DNA of 62,738 nt from an uncultured Acidimicrobiia bacterium (GTDB lineage Bacteria; Actinomycetota; Acidimicrobiia; Spongiisociales; UBA4744). Positions within the stretch are counted from its first letter, which is position 1. The number at the start of each line of letters is the position of its first letter. The notes below the pieces were generated by a model that searched no databases, had not been told where the DNA came from, and saw only the letters and a list, made by a program, of their open reading frames with translations. The translations under genes were made by a program, and so were the position numbers. Where the stretch lies: positions 1-62,738 of the forward strand of contig CAZBXV010000006.1 in assembly GCA_964496205.1 (NCBI GenBank), given 5' to 3'. Positions 58,600 to 62,738 of the stretch are shown here, piece by piece.

Positions 58600-59055
58600 A
58601 TGCAGTGTCCGTTCTGTTCGGTCGATGAGACCCGAGTGATCGACAGTCGGCCGGTCGATTCCGGTACGGCGATCCGGCGACGCCGGGTGTGCGAATCCTG
58701 TGGGCTTCGTTTTACGACCTATGAGCGTGCGGACGTTCCCCTGATCGTTCGAAAGCGCGACGGGCACAGGGAACCGTTCGATCTCGACAAGGTGAGGGTT
58801 GGCCTGGAGCACGCTCTTGCGGACCGTCCCGTCGATGACAAGAAGCGTGATCGGATGGTGTCCGCAGTCCGAACCGCGGCGGAAGCAAGCGGCAGGGTGG
58901 TCTCGTCTGATGACATCGGCAGGGCCGTTCTGGAGCAGCTGGCGGCGGTGGACGAGGTGGCATACCTCAGATTCGCGAGTGTGTACAAGGAGTTCGAGGG
59001 TACCGGCGACTTCGAACGGGAACTGGCTGAGCTGCAGCGTCGAGGGGACACCTGA
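58600..59055 (+). CDS. nrdR: Transcriptional repressor NrdR
   Basis: MQCPFC, IRRRRVCESC..RFTTYE, ATP cone, VAYLRFASVY. Confidence 0.96.
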   Translation: MQCPFCSVDETRVIDSRPVDSGTAIRRRRVCESCGLRFTTYERADVPLIVRKRDGHREPFDLDKVRVGLEHALADRPVDDKKRDRMVSAVRTAAEASGRVVSSDDIGRAVLEQLAAVDEVAYLRFASVYKEFEGTGDFERELAELQRRGDT

Positions 59056-59074
59056 AGGTTCTTCTCGGAAGGAA

Positions 59075-60415
59075 TCAGAAAGACGTGTCGATTCGGGCGA
59101 GCTGGGTCTGGAGCGAGTCGAGCTGGGTGTTGGCCCAGGTTCCGATGGCTGCGAGCGAGCTGTCGAGCTGGAGATTCAGCGCATCGATGCGTTGTGTCAG
59201 CTCCCGAATCAAGTCCTCGGCCTGTGTCGTGTCGCCGCTGCGGAGCGCTTCGAAGTACTCGACTTGCCAGTCTTCAAAGCGCTGAGCCAACTGAAGTGCA
59301 CCCGTCTTGTGGTCGGCCAAGAACAGCTCGTCGGGCAGGTCCGAGAGCGCGGCGTTGGTTGTCGTCAACGCAAGACCCAAATCCACTCCGAGTGCGGCAA
59401 TGTCATCCTGGGTGGCCGAAGTGGGAAGGGACGGGAGTTGGAAGGAGCGCGCGGTGAGGAGGCGGTAGCTCAATACTGCGCCGATGCGATTCTCGAGCGT
59501 GAGACCGGCGTCGGCGGCGTTGGTCATCGACTGTCGAATCGGTGTGAGGGCGTCGAGCGGGGCGGTCGACACGAAGAAGGGCACCGACGGCATTGGTTCG
59601 GCGGCAACCTCGAAGGTGTCCCGAGCACTGTCGTCGAACGATGAGAGTGAGACGGCGGCATCGGAGAGAGAGGCGGTATCCGAGGTTGGGTCGGTGACAA
59701 CGGCAATCGTTGCCCGTGCCCCCGGCACCGCCGACGAGTAGTCGGCGATCGAGGCGTGATAGGCGTTGGTCGTGTCGGCAGCCGCCCGGTCGGGGATGAC
59801 GCTGGCGGCTTGTATCAGTCCGAGTCCTCCGAGCAAGAGCGCGACGGCAGCGACGATGATCGGCCATCGAAACATGCGAGTTGACGTTGCAAGGGTGTTG
59901 AAGGTGTCGGGTTCCCAATCATCGATCAGTGGGGCGGTCTCTGTGACCTCCCAGAGACGTGTTACCAGCGCGGTGGTGTCTCCTGGTCTGTCGTCCGGAC
60001 GATGGAGGTCTCGCAGCGATGGCATCGTCTGTAGAGCGGGCGTTGGGGGTGCGGGTTCGGTGAGCAGGGAGGTCGCGCTCTCGAGGGGGCGTTGCTCGGA
60101 GAACCCAAACAACTCCACGAGCGTCGAGTCGTAGCGAATCCACAGTGGTGGCTGGGCAGCGGCCACGACGGGCGTCCGTTTGGGCTCGGGAAGCGGTGCG
60201 AGGCTCGGGCGCGGGTGATTCGACTGAGGAGTTCGCGCATGGGCCGGTGGTGAACGGCGTGGGGGTTTCGAGAGCACGGGCCGAGCCAACCATCCCGAGG
60301 ATGGGGCGCGGTGTTTGCCCCCCTTCTGGCGACGAACAAGGTGTCCTTCGGGGCAGCGACCAGTGGGAAGAAGGGTGACCTTGCGGTCGCACGTTGTACA
60401 GTAGGCGTCTGGCAC
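59075..60415 (-). CDS. Hypothetical membrane protein: N-terminal zinc ribbon, Pro-rich linker, one TM, helical C-terminal domain
   Basis: YCTTCDRKV....GRCPEGH; [18 protein letters not shown]. Confidence 0.7.
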   Translation of the reverse strand: MPDAYCTTCDRKVTLLPTGRCPEGHLVRRQKGGKHRAPSSGWLARPVLSKPPRRSPPAHARTPQSNHPRPSLAPLPEPKRTPVVAAAQPPLWIRYDSTLVELFGFSEQRPLESATSLLTEPAPPTPALQTMPSLRDLHRPDDRPGDTTALVTRLWEVTETAPLIDDWEPDTFNTLATSTRMFRWPIIVAAVALLLGGLGLIQAASVIPDRAAADTTNAYHASIADYSSAVPGARATIAVVTDPTSDTASLSDAAVSLSSFDDSARDTFEVAAEPMPSVPFFVSTAPLDALTPIRQSMTNAADAGLTLENRIGAVLSYRLLTARSFQLPSLPTSATQDDIAALGVDLGLALTTTNAALSDLPDELFLADHKTGALQLAQRFEDWQVEYFEALRSGDTTQAEDLIRELTQRIDALNLQLDSSLAAIGTWANTQLDSLQTQLARIDTSF

Positions 60416-60462
60416 GCGACACTCCGTTGTGCGCCTCCGCCCGCATAAGCCCTTTACTCCAT

Positions 60463-60891
60463 ATGGACATTAGCTTCACGAGACTCGATTCGGAACTACC
60501 TGCACCGCAGCGAGCGCACCCTGGCGACGCCGGCGTCGATCTGTATGCACGCGAGGACACGCTCCTGGGGCCCGGGGAGCGGATCCTGGTTCCGACGGGT
60601 ATCGCAGTGGCGATCCCCGACAATCATGCGGGCCTGGTCGTGCCGCGAAGTGGTCTGGCGATTCGGGGCGGTATCGGTGTGGTCAACGGCCCGGGGCTCA
60701 TCGACGCCGGGTATCGAGGCGAGGTGAAGGTGGTGCTCATCAACCACGGTACCGAGCCGGTTCGACTGGCCCGCGGGGATCGTATCGCGCAGCTCGTGGT
60801 CGTTCCAGTGGTCGTGGCCGAGTTCGTCGAGGTGGACGCTCTACCCGACTCATCTCGTGGTTCAGGGGGGTTCGGTTCGACGGGCAGGTGA
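60463..60891 (+). CDS. dut: dUTP diphosphatase
   Basis: [36 protein letters not shown]. Confidence 0.96.
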   Translation: MDISFTRLDSELPAPQRAHPGDAGVDLYAREDTLLGPGERILVPTGIAVAIPDNHAGLVVPRSGLAIRGGIGVVNGPGLIDAGYRGEVKVVLINHGTEPVRLARGDRIAQLVVVPVVVAEFVEVDALPDSSRGSGGFGSTGR

Positions 60892-60921
60892 TGGCGGGGA
60901 GCCGCTACACTACCGGCCCAC

Positions 60922-60994
60922 GCGGAAGTAGCTCAGTTGGTAGAGCGCAACCTTGCCAAGGTTGAGGTCGCGGGTTCGAGCCCCGTCTTCCGCT
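60922..60994 (+). tRNA. tRNA-Gly(GCC)
   Basis: GCGGAAG/CTTCCGC acceptor stem, CAACC-TTGCCAA-GGTTG, GGTTCGAG; -10 TACACT at 60906. Confidence 0.95.
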
Positions 60995-61034
60995 CGGCAG
61001 GGCGACCTGGATCGCCCTCCTTGTGCGATGGTCT

Positions 61035-61108
61035 GGCGACGTGGCCGAGTGGCGAGGCACGGGTCTGCAAAACCCGGTACACCGGTTCGATTCCGGTCGT
61101 CGCCTCCA
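61035..61108 (+). tRNA. tRNA-Cys(GCA)
   Basis: GGCGACG/CGTCGCC acceptor stem, CTGCAAA loop, GGTTCGATT, encoded CCA. Confidence 0.95.
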
Positions 61109-61134
61109 ACGGCGAGGTCTATACTCGCCGCTCC

Positions 61135-61209
61135 GGGCGCTTAGCTCAGGGGGAGAGCGCTTCCTTGACGCGGAAGAGGTCAGAGGTTCAAATCCTCTAG
61201 CGCCCACCA
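61135..61209 (+). tRNA. tRNA-Val(GAC)
   Basis: GGGCGCT/AGCGCCC acceptor stem, CTTCC-TTGACGC-GGAAG, GGTTCAAAT, encoded CCA. Confidence 0.95.
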
Positions 61210-61376
61210 GATCTCCTCGCGTGAACAATCACCGTGTTCTGCTGGCTCTCGCCGGGCGAAGATGGGTCCATTCATGCGTTCGTGATGTTCCCATTCCTCA
61301 AATTGGCACGAGATAATTCCTCCCCTATGCATCTAAGCGTGGCAGACTACGCGCGTCTGAGTAGGAAGGATTGCCG

Positions 61377-61775
61377 ATGGCGATGTCTGAAGAACACAAG
61401 GCTGCGCTTGCCCAAGGTAGGAGAGAAAGCAGGTCGATCAAACGCTACTTGGAGGCCCTTGGTGCAAGGCGCCCCGGACGGCCTATTACCAAGGAGTCAC
61501 TGGAGCGCAAGCTTGCTGGTTTAGAGACCAAGATCGGGTCTGAAGCGGATCCGTTGAAGCGAGTCGATCTGGTTCAGCAGCGGCTGGAGACCCTCGATGC
61601 ACTGGCAGCCATTGCAGATGCAGCCGACTTTGCCGACCTGGAAGCGGGTTTCATCGGCACGGCGAAGGGCTACTCGGAGCGGAAGGGCATCAGCTATTCG
61701 GCGTGGCGTGAGATTGGCGTCTCCGCCGAGGTGCTGCGTCGCGCCGGCATTGCGCAAACGCGGCGTCGTTCGTAG
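61377..61775 (+). CDS. Basic helical hypothetical protein, possible nucleoid-associated DNA binder
   Basis: GGAAGGA SD; MSEEHKAALAQGR, RRPGRP, coiled coil, YSERKGISYSAWREIGV...L..AGI. Confidence 0.7.
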   Translation: MAMSEEHKAALAQGRRESRSIKRYLEALGARRPGRPITKESLERKLAGLETKIGSEADPLKRVDLVQQRLETLDALAAIADAADFADLEAGFIGTAKGYSERKGISYSAWREIGVSAEVLRRAGIAQTRRRS

Positions 61776-61806
61776 CGGACGCCCCAGCAACGTTGGTGGC
61801 CGGGCT

Positions 61807-62154
61807 TCAGTCCCAACCGAGATCGTGGAGCCGGTCGTCGTCGATGCCCAGGTGATGGGCTATCTCGTGGAGAACGGTGCGCCTGATCTCGACACGCAGG
61901 TCTGCATGTGAAAGGCCAAGTGCCAGATGCGGCAGACGGAAGATGGTGATCTGGTCGGGGAGAGCCCCCCAGTAGTCGCCTCGTTCATCGAGGGAGACTC
62001 CCTCGTACAGGCCGAGGAGCTCTCCTGTCGGGTCTTGTTCGGAAGTCGGAGCGTCCTCGACAACGATTACGAGGTTGTCGATCCGATCGAGTATTCCCTG
62101 TGGGATGTCATTGATGGCCGCATCGACGACCCGCTCGAACTCCCGGGGGTTCAC
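61807..62154 (-). CDS. Zincin-like minimal metallopeptidase
   Basis: LLGLYEGV, PDQITIFR, TVLHEIAHHLGIDDDRL. Confidence 0.88.
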   Translation of the reverse strand: MNPREFERVVDAAINDIPQGILDRIDNLVIVVEDAPTSEQDPTGELLGLYEGVSLDERGDYWGALPDQITIFRLPHLALGLSHADLRVEIRRTVLHEIAHHLGIDDDRLHDLGWD

Positions 62155-62366
62155 TTGTCGCCGAAGATGCCCCCGATCGCGTCCTTGCCCTTTTCGAGCA
62201 GGCCGCCTGCGGCATCGGCGCCACCCGAAAGCAAAGAATCGATCTGTCCGGCGATCGGAGCGGGGAGCTTCTCCTTGATAAATGACAGGACGGCGTCCAC
62301 CGCTTCCTTGGCCTTGTCCGCACCCAGGCCGGTCTTCTCGGCGACGAGCTGAACGAGCTGGTCCAT
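62151..62366 (-). CDS. Small helical hypothetical protein (DUF2267/DUF937-like)
   Basis: AAGGAAAGGAAG upstream; LVAEKTGL..DKAKEAVDAVLSFIKEKLP; GTGA overlap with next gene. Confidence 0.7.
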   Translation of the reverse strand: MDQLVQLVAEKTGLGADKAKEAVDAVLSFIKEKLPAPIAGQIDSLLSGGADAAGGLLEKGKDAIGGIFGDK

Positions 62367-62419
62367 CGTGAAGCTTCCTTTCCTTGGCTGTCGGCTTCGG
62401 GGCTATCATCCCACATTCC

Positions 62420-62491
62420 GGGCGATTAGCTCAGCGGGAGAGCGCTGCCTTCACACGGCAGAGGTCACTGGTTCGATCCCAGTATCGCCCA
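62420..62491 (+). tRNA. tRNA-Val(CAC)
   Basis: GGGCGAT/ATCGCCC acceptor stem, CTGCC-TTCACAC-GGCAG, GGTTCGATC; -10 TATCAT at 62404. Confidence 0.95.
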
Positions 62492-62493
62492 CG

Positions 62494-62530
62494 GCGAGAA
62501 ACCCCTGGGAGACGGGGGTTTCCGCTCTTT
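62494..62530 (+). terminator. Hairpin/terminator after tRNA-Val
   Basis: GAAACCCCT...GGGGGTTTC stem followed by CTCTTT. Confidence 0.6.
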
Positions 62531-62568
62531 CAGAGTCCCCTCGATTGGTCCGTGGAAGTCCGTCGCGA

Positions 62569-62682
62569 CCACGCCACCGGGATCTTCATCTCCCGAGCCA
62601 CTGTCAACAACAACTGCGCCATCGACGACGGCTGGTCAATCACCAACACCGGTTCCCCGAATCGGGCGGCATCGGCAACCAA
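62569..62682 (-). mobile_element. IS110-family transposase remnant
   Basis: Manual translation LVADAARFGEPVLVIDQPSSMAQLLLTVAREMKIPVAW resembles the actinobacterial IS110 N-terminal 'VVDQP' block; in-frame stop upstream, similarity ends after W. Confidence 0.6.
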
Positions 62683-62738
62683 AGACCTCCACGATCAACA
62701 GGGCGCCCGGCGAGTTCGCCGGAGGAATATCGATGTCG

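Noticed and set aside
60905-61316. Several ORFs over the tRNA cluster
   Set aside because: Spurious translations of tRNA-Gly, tRNA-Cys and tRNA-Val

Overview
A GC-rich window of actinobacterial chromosome. Gene content (SLH proteins, RNase Y plus RNase J, DUF4032, TIGR03084-type enzyme) suggests a basal lineage such as Acidimicrobiia; this is inferred, not tested. Most of it is core genome: dnaE2, ferritin, dapB/dapA/rnj/ftsK, rimO-cinA-thpR-recA-rny-miaB-miaA-dapF-hflX, lexA/LysM/nrdR, dut and four tRNAs. Both ends carry debris: DeoR, ABC-ATPase, MarR and IS630 fragments on the left, an IS110 fragment after tRNA-Val on the right. A two-layer DNA-damage regulon can be read from the DNA: LexA boxes at a DUF222-HNH gene, dnaE2, recA and lexA/LysM, plus PafBC-type TGTCAC-N10-TANNNT promoters at recA and LysM. 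Best candidates for undescribed biology: (1) a structured RNA with 6S-like elements between recA and rny; (2) a BioF/CqsA-like PLP enzyme next to an orphan membrane histidine kinase; (3) an HTH_17-PocR regulator with 9-bp direct repeats heading an sqr-DUF1641-tusE-dsrE operon; (4) a MoxR/CbbQ-like AAA+ with reciprocally swapped Walker A/B residues, paired with a VWA protein; (5) an AroQ-esterase fusion. All family calls come from motif recognition by eye; no searches were run.
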